Notes: generated by a model from the sequence alone, not told the origin. DNA of 64,000 nt from Chiloscyllium plagiosum (GCF_004010195.1 NC_057751.1:14176812-14240811); one strand, 5' to 3'; shown: positions 13,893 to 27,224, counted from the first letter of the stretch. Numbers and translations are program-made.

Positions 13893-14270
13893 GAGTCAGT
13901 GGCCTTAGTGGTATTGTCTCTGGAATGTTAATCTTGAAACTCAGCTAATGTTCTGGGGACCTGGGTTCAAATCCCGCCACAACAGAATTTGAATTCAATA
14001 AGAAATATGCTGGAATTAAGAACCTACTGATGACTATGAAGCATTGTAGATTGTCAGGGAAACATATCTGGTGCACTAACGTTCTTCAGGCAAGGTAATC
14101 TGTTTTTTTTAGATTAGATTAGATTACTTATAGTGTGGAAACAGGCACTTCGGCCCAACAAGTCCACAATGTTCTTCAGGCAAGGTAATCCGTTCTCCTT
14201 ACCGGTACTGGCCTGTATTTGACTTCAGACCCATTCAATGTGGTTGACTCTCAGCTTCTCTCTGAACTGA
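13893..14270 (+). mobile_element. tRNA-derived SINE (second family) containing a nested 70-bp HE1/CR1 tail insertion
   Basis: A-box gtggccttagtgg, B-box ggttcaaatccc; insertion 14101-14170 flanked by a 20-bp duplication. Confidence 0.82.
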
Positions 14271-16944
14271 TAAATTACATTGGACAGCTGACCAAGCATC
14301 AACCGAGGCAGCAGAAAAAGACCACTGCAGAAACAAGTGTCAACCATGCAAAGTCCTCTTTACTAACGTTTCATGTCGTCCCGATCCCCCCTCAGTCGAA
14401 ACAAAACACTCAGAGACAGTGTAATTTTACCTCCTTCATCATTATGAGGGAGAGAGAACGATCGCCCATGCGCACAGGAACATGAATTCTCTGGCTTCTC
14501 TCGCGAACAGCAGATTCTCAATGAATTATATCGTCATTTTACAGGGAGGAGCTTCCAGATAAGGCAACATGAATATTAATTGGGTGACCGTTAAAATCAG
14601 CGAGTATTAGTAACAGAGGCCAAGCCCTTTACTGTTATGCAATGAATGTTCTTAACTTTGTTGACTTGATTCATACAATGGATACTTTTTCCCCTTGTTA
14701 GCTGACCTTGCATACTGAATGCTTCCAATATTGTAAAATAGCTCTACGTAATGACTGTTTTTCCACCTTGTTAACCCATTACCCTTGCCTCCAGCACCCC
14801 ATTGTTAATTGCAAGTTCTTATCTGATCTGAATCATGCTCAGCTGAACTGCTTGTTTAACAAAACTCAGAACTTAACTCTTTCCCTGCCTGCTTCTACCC
14901 TGCACACATTCTCATTCCCTCCTTTTATCATTTCATGATACCATGATAACCAATGGCATTTCCAGCTTTCAAAAGACTCTGATAGCCAGTATTTAAGCAA
15001 GTTATTGGTACACAACATGCAGTGATTATAACAACAAAAATTACTAGTTCGTTACAGTAATTAAAATTTGAAGAATCCTTCCATATGGAAAAAAGTTCAC
15101 CATAAAGTTCTTAACTACTCAGTCCTTAGTGACCACTCCATCCCCTCCAAGTCCAGTGGAAATGAACCAGTTCTCCAAGATCTCCTTCAGTAAAGTCCAG
15201 CCTGAAAACAAAATTCAGTCTGTTCTTGCATCACTCCTCTGAAAAATCTGATTTCTTTGATAAGGGCAGTTAAATGGTCCACAAAACTGACGAGACTTCC
15301 ATCCTTGCAGAGATGCTTCAGATGGAGGATACCAGTGCGTCTGAGTGTGCAGTGCTGCAGCAGCAGGCGAGGTGAATGCAGCATTCTTTGCTGCTTCTGC
15401 TCCTGCTCTGCTGTTAAATGTAACAAAGCCTGTTGTGATGTTAGCTTAATCAGTGAACCGTCATATCCCTTAAATGATCAAAAGACAGGGTAAAGCTCAC
15501 ATGGTCTAATGTCCATAGGAAGGCAACTGACCAAAAGTGTATAGACCTCCTCTTCACTGTTGTTAATTTCTTAACTTTTCATACTCATGACTGGGGAGCT
15601 AATTGAATCTGTTGGATCAGGTTGTAGAGGGGTGGGTGGTGGTTTGAAGGCATGCTTTACCTGTGAATGGAGAAACTCTATGGAAGATGTTAACTGCTGA
15701 AAGTATCTTTACATTTCCTCTCCGATTCCTTCCTTGCCAAGGTGGTTATCAGTATGAAGATAGTCACACATTTAACGACACTAAATTGTGTCTGCCTATT
15801 TCAACATTCTTTGAATTCTTGAAGTGTATTACTATATTCACTATTTATGGCATTATCAAGTTTTACACAATCCATAAACTTCTAAATTGTACTGCCGAAA
15901 CAATTCAGTCAATTATAAACAACAATCAATGGTCGTAAAATCAAACCCTTGGGTGCCTCTATGCAGGTTATTCAAAAATTATTTTCTTTTAACAACTTGA
16001 TACTTGGCTAATGTGAAAGCTGTCAGGAAAAGTATTTCAAAAATCTGGAATTGCAAGAAAACAACAAAATGTTTCCTGTGCTTTAGCAATTCAAGAGGCA
16101 GTTTCAGTTCAGATTTAAATTTCAAGTATTTGTGAGCAATAAATGCTGAATATTTTAAAATATGTTCTCCAAATGAAATTTCCCTCATAAGACAGTCGGA
16201 CTTACAGTGGCAACTTTGGTAGAGATGAACATTGTTTGAATTTGCAATATGAAGGGGCCAATGAAGTCTGAACAATAATTAGCAGAATTTAAACAGCTCA
16301 GCCTCAAGTTCTGATATTCTCTCAAATCTTAACCAGACATCAAACTAAAAATGCACTCCTCTTTTTGTGAATTCTCTGCATTAAAAACACAGCAGCAAAG
16401 ATATTTTAATACAATACTCTCATCTGGTTAAAGCATGACCACTGACCCAACCTTTTTTTTGAACAGGCATTGCAGACTTTCAAACACATCAGGGGCTCAA
16501 GGCTCTCAATCAATTTGTTTTAAGATTACAAGTTTGATCATTTTAAGAAGGACATAATGTTGTACAATTTCAATGTAAAAACAAAATCTGTCCCACTACA
16601 CAGCCCACAAAACACATTGCGTTAAGATCCTGATTCAAACAAGGCAAAACAGTTACGTAAAGGGATTTTCTGAACCGGTATTTTAACAAACCAAAACATT
16701 TAAACATCAAACACTCTCAGCATGGCGCAATTTACATTGAAACTTCCCTCCTTCAACCTAAGTACCAGTACAACCTTAATTTTAGCGTTTTTTGTTTTTT
16801 TTGCATCCTTTCAGTGAAGTTACACTGATAAAAAGAGAAAGCCCTCACAGCGGACCACATCGCACCACAATCCAAGCCACTCTCTTCCCCAGAACAAAAT
16901 TTCACCACGCGGCGTCTTTAACCCCTTTCTCACTTTACTCCTCA

Positions 16945-17240
16945 TGGGGGCTTGAACCCACTGAAACGCCGAGACCCCGAATCCCACTGAAACACCGAGA
17001 CCCCGAATCCCAGTGCATCGTGGAGGACTTGTAACTCAACCCACCCAGTAGACTCGAACCGCAGTACCGCGCAGAGGACATGAATCTCAACCAAACCAAC
17101 CCCAGGACACTTGAACTCCAGTATCATGCAGAGGATTCGAACCTCAATCACACCCACCCAGGGGAGTTGAACCTCAGTACCGTGCACAGGACTCGAACCT
17201 CAATCAAATTCATCCCCACCCCCCCCCCCCCCCCCCCCCC
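16945..17240. repeat. Degenerate tandem repeat array ending in a poly-C run
   Basis: 26-nt unit twice (16957-17008), then ~56-nt units built on a ggactcgaacc-like core, then 22 C (17219-17240). Confidence 0.75.
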
Positions 17241-18397
17241 TCGAATGCAGTGCAGCGGACTCTCATCTCTGTCTGCCAGTGCGCTTGCGAAACTGTGTCT
17301 CTCGACTGAACAAATTACCATCCAAAGAATCCGTAGAATAGAGAGTGATCAAGTGGGGACTGACTCCGGCACGCAGGACTATCAAGAGGGACCAAGGCTT
17401 AAAATCTTACCTTGTGGGCCCGTCCTTCTCGAGACATCAATGTTCTGGGCGGCCACTGACACTGTCCAAACATAACTATTCATTTGGATCCTGCTGACTT
17501 CGCCAATATTGTTGTCCTGTTCCCCCTTCAGTCGAAGCAAAATGCTCAGTGCCAAAGCTGGGAGAGCTGCCTTACAGACTGTTTTCATAGAATCGTATCT
17601 TACAATGTCCCAAAGATCACCATTGCCATCCGTGGATATGTCGTGTCCCATTGATAGGACAAATCCATTCGAGGTGGTGGGAAAGTGGTATACAACTTGA
17701 GAGGGACTTGCCGTGGGAGTCCTCAATATTGATAGACCTCAAAGTTTTGTTTCAAATTAGGTTTGGGAAAGGAAACTTAATGTCTTCCCTTGACTCCTCC
17801 ATGTTGCGAGGTTGCAAAATGTACTTTTGGTTGGGGGATTTCCATGTCCACCGCCAAGAGTAGCTTGGTAGCAGCACTACTGATTATGCTGGTTAGGTCC
17901 AAGCAGATGTAGCTGTGAAAACCAACAAGGAAAACAACGAGGCCGCATCCCTCAGAATTTGCTGGCTGCAGCTGCAACTGTCCATGACAAAGTCTGTCAG
18001 GGTGACCACCACACGGTCCTGCCTTTACAGTGAGAATACCCTCCCATCATGTTGTCTGGCGCTATCACTTTATTAAAACAGATTGACTTCGAACAGATCT
18101 AGCAATTCGCGACTGGGCGTCCAGGAGGTGCTGTGGGCCATCAACAGCAGCAGAATGGTGCTCCAGCACAACGTGCAATCTCATAGTCATTACCATCAAG
18201 CCAGGGGCTCAACCCTGATTCAGTAGAGAGAACGGGAGGGCATGCCAGGAACAGCACCAGGCACAGGTAAAAATGAGATGGCAAAGTGGTGAAGTTACCA
18301 GACAGGACTACTTGTATGACAAACATAAATGATAGGCAGTGCTAAGCAATCCCACAACCAACGGATCAGATCAAAACTCTGCAGTCCTGCCACAACT

Positions 18398-19500
18398 AGT
18401 AACTATAGGCCGGTGAGTCTCACTTCTGTTGTGGGCAAAGTCTTAGAATTGTAAGGGATAGGATTTATGCACATCTGGATAGGAATAATGTGACCAAGGA
18501 TAGTCAGCATGGTTTTGTGAAGGGCAGGTCATGCCTCACAAACCTTATTGAATTCTTTGAAAAGATGACGAAGGAGGTTGATGAGGGGAAAGCAGTAGAT
18601 GTGGTATATATGGATTTTAGTAAGGCGTTTGATAAGGTTCCCCATGGTAGGCTACTGCAGAAAATACGGAGATATGGCATTGAGGGTGAGTTGGAGGTTT
18701 GGATTAGGAATTGGCGGGATGGAAGAAGACAGAGGGTAGTAGTTGATGGCAAAGTTTCTTCATGGAGTGCCGTCACTAGCGGTGTTCCGCAAGGATCTGT
18801 TTTGGGACCATTGCTGTTTGTCATTTTTATAAATGACCTGGAAGAGGAGTTAGAAGGTTGGGTGAGCAAGTTTGCGGATGACACAAAAGTCGGAGGAGTT
18901 GTTGACAGTGAGGAAGCATGTAGCAGGTTACAGCAGGATATAGAGAAGCTGCAGAGCTGGGCAGAAAGGTGGCAGATGGAATACAATGTAGCTAAGTGCG
19001 AGGTGATTCACTTTGGGAAGAATAACAAAAAGATGGGGTACTGGGCTAATGGTCGGATACTTGGTAGTGTGGATGAGCAGAGGGATCTTGGTGTCCATGT
19101 ACACAGATCTCTGAAAGTTGCCACCCAGGTAAATAGTGCGGTGAGGAAGGCATATGGCGTACTGGCTTTTATTGGTAGAGGAATTGAGTTCCGGAGTCCT
19201 GAGGTCATGATGCAGTTGTATAAGACTCTGGTACGACCGCATCTGGAATATTGTGTGCAGTTTTGGTCGCCATGATATAGGACTGAAGTTAGGGGTAGGT
19301 TCTTCACTCAGCGAGTCGTAAGTTCATGGAATGCCCTGCCAGTAGCAGTGGTGGACTCTCCCTCTTTATGGGCATTTAAGCGGGCATTGGATAGGTATAT
19401 GGAGGATAGTGGGTTAGTATAGGTTAGGTGGGCTTGGATCGGCGCAACATCGAGGGCCAAAGGGCCTGTACTGCGCTGTATTCTTCTATGTTCTATGTTC
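18398..19500 (+). mobile_element. Relatively young 5'-truncated CR1 LINE nested in the older LINE
   Basis: Uninterrupted 261-aa RT ORF (18490-19275: QHGF, YMDFSKAFDKV, GVPQGSVLGP, FADDTK); ends in (ttctatg)n. Confidence 0.95.
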
Positions 19501-19840
19501 TAACTCACTGGTCGAAGAGGCTCCACAAATATCCCCGTCCTCAGTGATGGCAGAGCCCAACATATCAGTGCAAAAGATAAGGCTGGAGTATTTGCAGCAA
19601 CCTTCAGCCAGAAATGCCTTGACGTTCCACACTGATCCCCACCTTGACAGATGCCAGTCTTCAGCCAACTCAATTCACTCCACCTAATATCAAAACAGTT
19701 GGAGGCACTGGATACCACAAAGGCAATGGGCCCTATCAACATTCCACCAATAAGACTGAAGACACGCACTCCAGAACTTGGTGCTCCCTTAGCCAGGCTC
19801 TTTCAGTGCAGTTACAATCCTGGCAATTACCTGACAACAT

Positions 19841-19940
19841 GACGTTTCCTGATGAAGGGCTAATGCTTGAAAAGTCGATTCTTCTGCTCCCTGGATGCTG
19901 CCTGACCTGCTGTACTTTACCAGCACCACACTCTCGAACG
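19841..19940 (+). mobile_element. Penelope-like pLTR fragment nested in the LINE
   Basis: cctgatgaagggc...gaaaagtcgatt...ggatgctgcctgacctgctg matches 2937-3024. Confidence 0.8.
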
Positions 19941-22900
19941 TGGAAATGTACTCAAAAAGCAGGACAAATCCAACCTGGCTGCTTAGCGACCCATCAGCCT
20001 ACTATTGACCATCAGTAAGGTAACAGAAGGTGTCATCGACAGTGCTGACAAGCAGCAGCGGGTCATTGTTGCCCGTGTGTTCTGCCAGGGCCAGTCAGAT
20101 CCTGTCCTATTTGAGCCTTGATTCACACATGAACAAAAGAGCTGAATACTAGAGGTGATGCGAGAGTGGCAGAACTTAACTTGAAGGCTGCATTCGACTG
20201 AATGTGGCATCAGGGAGCTCTGAGTGAAACTGGCATCAGTTGGAATTGGGGAGTTGGACCTGGCACATTGGATGATGATTCTGGTTGTTGGAGGTCAGTC
20301 ATCTCAGCTCAAGGATATCTCTGTGGGAGTTCCTCAGGGTAGTGTTGTAGGCCCAACCATTTTCAGGTAATTCATCAATGACTTTCCATCCATCATAAAC
20401 TCAAAAGTGGGTATGTTAGCTGCTTGGGCAATGTTTAGTGCCATCATAAATCCTAAGCTGCTGAAGCAGTCCATGTTCAAATGCAGCAATGCAAGTTTGG
20501 GCTGACAGGTGGCAAGTAACATTGGCACCACCCAAATGCAGGAAATGGCCATCTCCAGTAAGAGACGATAGAAACACCCCCTGGACGTTCATTGATGTTA
20601 CCATCACTGAATCCCCCACTGTCAACGTCCTGAGGGTTAGCATCGACCAGAAGCTCAACTGGACTTGCCATATAACGACAGTGGCTGCAAGAGTACCTGT
20701 ACGAGACACCAAATACCGCGGTGAGTAGCTTACTTCCTGACTCTGCAAATCCCACTATCTACATGGCACCCCTCAGGAGCATGATGGGATAGTTCCCACT
20801 TGTCTGGATGGGATCAGCTTCAACACTACTGAAGAAGCTTGACGCCATCCAGGACAAAGCTGCCCACTTGATTGGCCCTACATCCATGAGTGTCCACTCC
20901 CACCCCCCACAACCCACCCACCACCATCACCACCGATGCCCTGCAGAAATCTGCCCAAGATACTGAACAGCATCTTCAAAACCCCAAAGCTACTTCCATC
21001 TGGAAGGTTAAGGGGCAGCATATACGTGGGAATGCCATCTCCTGCAAGTTCCCCTCCAAACCACTCACCATCCTGACCGGGAAATATATCAACTGTTCCT
21101 TTGGTGTCACTGGGTTTCAAAATCCTGGAACTCCCGACCAAACAGGACTGAGGGTGTCCGTACACCACATGGACTGCAGCGATTTAAGAAAGTAGCTCAC
21201 CACCACCTTCTGAAGGGCAACTAGGCACAGTCAATAAATGCTGGGCAAGCAGCAACACCCTGACATCAGCGTCATCTTAGCCATGTTGAAATCTTTTGAA
21301 AATGATGATTTTAATAACTTGCCTCTGCTACAGGGTGCTTTGCTTCCACAATCATTAAAAGCAGTTTGTATTTATTTCTTACCCTATGCTTAAGTGCTCA
21401 TTGTTTGATCATTATTACATCTGGGTTAAGATAGGAGAATGAACTGCCAGTACCCAGAAACCTCGATGGTTCCTCAGGCTGTTTATTTGAAAAACACTGA
21501 ATCAACAAATGTTTGCTTTTAGTTTATAATTAATATTTTTGATATATTTGTAGTTGCTTTGCTCAACATGCTAGAGAGTCACAAATATGAGTTGGATAAT
21601 GCCTTTTGCTGCTATCATTAATCCTTGTGAAATGCCCTTGAGCACAAGTAAAACGACTGAAGAAAATGTCTGACGGTTCTGTGAAAAATTAGTTTCTTAT
21701 GACAAAGATATGTGCGGTACAGCTGTTCTGTGTATTTGCAGAAGACTGGTGTCTGCCTGAGCTCTACCCTACTGCATGAAATTAATTGATAGCGTAATAT
21801 ACTACTGAGCATGATTGCTCTTTCAAAGAACCAGCATAAATTTAATTGAATGGTTGCATTCTGTGCTTTACGTTTGTGAGATTCCATCATGGAAAATAAC
21901 AACATTTATGCTGCAAATGACAGCACTGGCAAACTGTCTTCACTGCAGTCGATGGCCTCTAGTGGTGGAAGTTAAGAACAATATGCAGCATCAAAGCAGC
22001 TCCCTTCTGCAAATTTAAAAGGGGTAGAAAACCCACAGTAGATGTTTTGAAAAATAATCAAAACACACCCCTGATCATGTGAACGAAAATGATGGAGATT
22101 ACTGTCGGTGTATCTGACATGTTTTGAAGGCAACTGATTTACGACTGACACAGAAGTCCTTTTGGTTCGTGTCACAGATCATGTCCCCCTTCTTGTTCAG
22201 CTGCTTGTCAGTCCAGACAGTCCACAGGTTGTGAACTGGTTCCCTCTGAGCGTTTTGGCTCATCTACATCTGGTTCCTGGAATTATTTGAAAGTTGGAAG
22301 TTAGGGCGGATTGGACTTGGTTTTGAGTGTTGTGCGTTGCCTTATTTAGAATGTTGTGGATTTTAGCAGCTAGTGTCCCACATTTTGTTGCAGCTGTCAA
22401 ACTGTGAGCAGGGCTTTCAGTGCAGATTGTTGGTTGTGGTTTGCTTTGAAGGCCCCTAAATGAGATGGAAGCTCTTAGGATTTGTCTTCTCACTTATTTA
22501 TTCACAGAACATCAACGAAACTGGGAAAAACTTAATGCGGAGCTGTGTAATTGTGAAAATGATGTGTTAACCTAGTGTGGCAGCAATGGTGTACAGTGCT
22601 GACTGTTCTCTTTCCTTGGTAAATTCGGGTCTCTGTTCAGTCATTGAACCTCAGAGATTGCGCACACTTTTTGGAATGTACTTCCCTTTGGTCTTGCGCA
22701 CATGAAGAGTTGCCGTGAGGCTGGTTAGTTTGATAAGTTTGAAGCTGTCCCATCTGCTGTTGATAATGGGCCATGCCTGTTACCAATGTCGCAGCATTAA
22801 GAGAGATTGTAATTATTTCTCAAAACCATCTGGCAAGCTAGTCACTGGTTTTACCAGTAAGTTTCCTTCTTCTTGAAAGACAGTGCAAAATAATCAATCT

Positions 22901-25256
22901 TCCAGTGGGTGGGTGGATGGGTGGGTGTATGTGTGGGGGTGAGTGAGTGGGTGGGTATGTGTGTGTGTGTGTGCGTGCGCGCGCCGTGCATAGTTAGGGC
23001 TCACTGTGAATTATCAGCGCATGATATAAAGATCTGGAAATGTATAGAAATGGCAAATTATCTAAGCTCGGTAGGCATTGCCACACTCTGTATGTTGGTG
23101 TGTCAGTCTGTCATTGTGTAGTTGGTGTTTTCATCTGTTCTTCCTGCTTTAAGACAAGTTAATCTAAATCTTTTTCTTCACTTGAAGATCAGATGACTGA
23201 CAGCTTATTGCCCTTGATTTGGGCTATTAGCATGTGTGAAGGCCAGTGTTTATGCCACCAGTCTGAAGAGATTGAAAGGTTGGATGAAAGGCTGTGCCCA
23301 GTAGGCAGGTGAGGAACCTGGCTGTGTGGGTGTGTGTGTGAACCCAGCTGGGAGGAGGTCTACCTACTGAGCAGGCAGATGGACTTGGAGAGGCAGAACA
23401 GCAGGTGGTGTACAGAACAGTGAAAGATGTACTAAAATGCTGTGAATGGAGTAAGAGTGCAAATGTCCTTGTGAACCCAACCTCGACTACAGGATGACTG
23501 TACCAGTCATGTACTGTTGGAGTGAAGATGTCAACTTTGGCTCAAAGGTTGAGATACAGTCTCTTAGCACAAAATCAAAGCTGATGCTCTAATACAGTGC
23601 CAGTGAGCCTTCTGTTTGAGGTTTGATTTTCATCTCCCTTATTTGTCCTTTATGGGTGGATGTAAAATATCCCATTGCAATCATTACAAGAAGAGCAAGT
23701 GAATTCGGTTGGTATCTTAGTCAGTGTGTAACCCTCAAGCTTTTTGGTTACTTATATTATGTAGAAACTCAGGGCTATGTATTAAGCACTGGTAGGGCAG
23801 TCTCATGGCTGGACCAACAGCAGAATTGTTCAAGGAGAACCAATCCTATCATATGCTCGGTGAGCTGTTAATTTGCTCTGGGATGCTGTAAATACCATCT
23901 GTACACGGAGAGGTACACGGAGAGGAGTGCCTCATTGTCTGGTCAGTGATGGTCCAGGTGACGTCCAAAATGTTCTCACCAGTTTACACCTTTCTGGAGG
24001 TCTGCCTTGCAGAATTGCATGCTTGGTTCTTATACTTCCAAGGCACAGTCATAGAGTCGTCAAATGCAAAGTTCTGAGCTCAGATATATTTAATCACATT
24101 GACAAATTGATGAAACTGCTGGAAAATTAACATGATATTCAAAAACAAAAGGAAGTCGACTCAATCCGTAAGATTTGATTTATTGTTGTCACATTCACCC
24201 AAGTACAGTGAAAGGTTTGGTTTTGCAAGCAGTTAAGGTACATCATAACATACACATCATAGGGTGTTCAGACAGAGCAAGGCAGTCTACATAATTGTAT
24301 TGATTCAGATTGAGATCAGACAGGGTCTAATGGCACAAAGATTGTGTCCCTGCCTCTGGGATCGAATATCCTTGGTTTAAATCCCACCTCAGGATGTATG
24401 TTGAAAGAGGTGTGTCATAACATGTCCAGACAGTTTACTTCTTTGAAGCAAAAGAGACTGAGGTGAATATTGAGAAAAAGCCAAACTATTTGGAATAAGT
24501 CTCATGCCGTCAGATAATCTTACAATGAAGAACCAAATTGGCATTTTATATGTAATATTGTTAGGGTTTGGATTGTGCAGACATTGTGTTAAAATATACC
24601 ACAACTTCATGAATTGGGAAAGCCAACATAAAAATGTAGCCTGTTTTAAATCTAAAGTTCATTCAGGAAAACTCCCAATCTTCATGAACAGTTAAGCAGT
24701 ATTACTGTTGTTTGAGGATTGGTGTGGGTCCATGATCTGATTACCAAGTCAACAGTTCGTTTTATGCGGGTAAAAAACAATTTTCACAAATGATGACCTG
24801 GAGTTCGTGACATGACTTTTGAAGTAAAATGCAGAAGTCTCCAAAGTTAAACATTATGAAATGAAAAGGTGGCTTGTAGTTGGATTATTGATTGCAGTAT
24901 TATTGTCACAATGATCTTTTTGGTTCATGCTCCATTTGGGACTTGATTGAATAAGTAAAACTGTGGACTACTCAGGAGGATTGGTACCTAAGCTTTCTGT
25001 TTCCAGTGTCAGTTTATTTTCCTCACTTGGTGAACCATCCATATCCCATGCCAGGTGACATTTAAGAGCAGGGGTTTCCCCGGGGCTGTTATGCAAACAT
25101 TAACTTGGACTTGAGTTGTTAGGTGAGAGGATGATATTTATCTCTTGCTAGCCACCAGGTTTAAGCTCCATTTCACCATCGTGATGTGTGTGAGAACTGT
25201 GCAGAGATGCAGCAAGCCAGCTCTTGAGATTAAATTTTACTTTCTTCTGTCAACAG

Positions 25257-25365
25257 CCCCGTGCAGAACCAATTCCAATCTGTGGGTTTTGCCTGGGAAC
25301 AAAAGAGCAGAACCGTGAGAAGAAACGTGAGGAACTCATTTCATGTGCAGATTGCGGTAATAGCG
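25257..25365 (+). CDS. KAT6A: KAT6A internal coding exon (109 nt), start of PHD finger 1
   Basis: Acceptor tttcttctgtcaacag, donor G|gtacgt. Translates [36 protein letters not shown](G), matching recalled KAT6A PHD1; EQNREKK and [12 protein letters not shown] are KAT6A-type rather than KAT6B-type. Confidence 0.95.
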
Positions 25366-27224
25366 GTACGTACTCTGCTCAACTTTGGCGAACGTTTCAT
25401 TATTTTAACTGAACGCAGTTGCATTTTGACGGAGTGAGCCCAGGTTCATAGTTAAGGGATCATTTGGATCTGAATACTCTGCTTCCAGACCTGTCTAGTT
25501 CTATGCCATAATCAGCTTTATTCATATTAGGAAGCCAGAAAGGTTATGGTGTATGTAATTTCTTTGAGCAACAAATTGACCTGTCTACTGGTGCCAGGAG
25601 TCTTTAGCAGGGATGTCAAATGATCGAGTCAACCATCCTACAACTTGAATTAATAATGGAGTGTCTCACACAACTTAAAAGCGAGCAAAATAAATCATGT
25701 TTTTTTTTATGCCCTGTCTTTATTGGTGGCAATTCACATTCTCATGGGGCCAAAGGAATATTACAGGGAAGAGTTTTGAAATTTAGCTCATCTCTGGGAC
25801 TTGTGGCGTGCTTTGTTTCCCACTGTTTATATGCCACTTGCTTTCCCTTGAATGATTTCTTGTTTTCTCTGACTCCTTTCATTGTTTCTACCTTCACCTC
25901 CACATTCTCTGCCACTGTTGCGTCTCATTGTTCCCACAATTCTGGAAGTTTGATGCCATGAGAAAGTATGTGCAGAAGAACGTAATGAATCACATTTGTA
26001 TTTCTCTCTCCTGTTGATTTCCCTGTCTGTTACTCACCCACCCACCTTCTTTCTAAATCCCTTTGCTGCTTTCTTTATCCCTTCCTCGGTCCATCTTTGT
26101 TTCCTTACTACTTTTCTCATTTGTATCTCTGTTTCATTTGATACATGTTTCATTATCTCGTTCTCCGTCCCTTAGATAATTCTTCACTGAGATTCATGAT
26201 TTCAGCCCCTCTCACCTCACTCTGTTACAGTCTCCCTTTCATTTTCCCCTCTTGTAGCTTCTCTGTCATCCCTTGCCCACTGTCTCCCTGGCTCACAGCT
26301 TCGATGTCTTTCACACCTTAAAACCAGAAAACCTCCCCATGCATTTTAACAAGCAAGTCCCAATTTCATGGACAATTTTGTGCTCCCCATCCCGTGAACT
26401 CTTTCCGATGACTCCTACACCTGCAGGTCACCGCTCTATAACTATAACAAGGCTATCTCCCACTATTTTAACCTGTCTGTAAGTTAAGTGGAGAATATTT
26501 ACTGTTCGCTTTCTTTACATTTTGATCTTGGAAAAGGCAAGTCGAATATTTGATCTGAGTCGAAGTTTAATCGTTATCACAATTAACATTTTAGTTGAAA
26601 TCTAGTCGCAAACACGTAAATCAAAACTTGATATTGCACTCTCTTTGCACTTGGTCTAAGAAAATTCATCTCAGTTATTCTACATCCTTGGCCCTGATAA
26701 GACATGAATTAGTTTAAAACATGTCAACTGATGCACCGAGGAAAGCCTAAGAACATCCACATTCTGTCTTGCATCGAGCAGAAATCTGTCACACTTCACT
26801 TCAGTGGTAAACCAACCATAAAATGTGTAGAACCAGGCCAGTCGTTAACTGCGAAGCATGTACAATCGTCCACTGACCTCAGCAGTTTGCTAGCAGTCAG
26901 GATTATTTGGATTTGTCCATTTTTATTGTTTCAATAAAAGGCAGACTTGAGCAATTCCCTTCAAGGAACAAGCTGCATCAATAGTTGAACATTACAACTC
27001 CACTGTAGGTCTGAGATTAATCCTGAGCTACACAGTGGGAGTTCTACTAGCATTGATGTTAGTATGATTGGGTCTCTTCTAAGTTCGTGTGCAATTCCAC
27101 TTCAAAAATTGAGCCTTACCTTCTCACTTAGCCAATTGTTTTACGAGTTTTCCTCCTGATCTTCATGGTCACATTATGAAACAGCACGTACAGCCCATCC
27201 ATGAAATTCAGATAATTTGTGTGA

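Larger units (their letters stand above)
17500..21260 (+). mobile_element. Near full-length degenerate LINE of a second CR1/L2-group family (APE + RT), interrupted by younger insertions
   Basis: APE-like TESYL and LGDFHVH; RT-like LDTTKAMGP, GVPQGSVVGPTIF, WADRWQVT, IDQKLNWT.H; own 3' tail at 21190-21260. Confidence 0.8.

Noticed and set aside
15120..15430. Possible minus-strand exons (acceptor-like catttaacag and ttttgttttcag) of a nested antisense gene
   Set aside because: No matching donors, recognisable protein or consistent frame found.
16945..17240. CRISPR-like repeat-spacer array
   Set aside because: Eukaryotic intron, degenerate units, no unique spacers and no cas genes.
18490..19275. 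261-aa reverse transcriptase ORF as a gene or active element
   Set aside because: Part of a 5'-truncated, internally deleted CR1 copy with no endonuclease.
23901..23925. 12-nt tandem duplication gtacacggagag x2
   Set aside because: Ordinary slippage duplication with no other signal.
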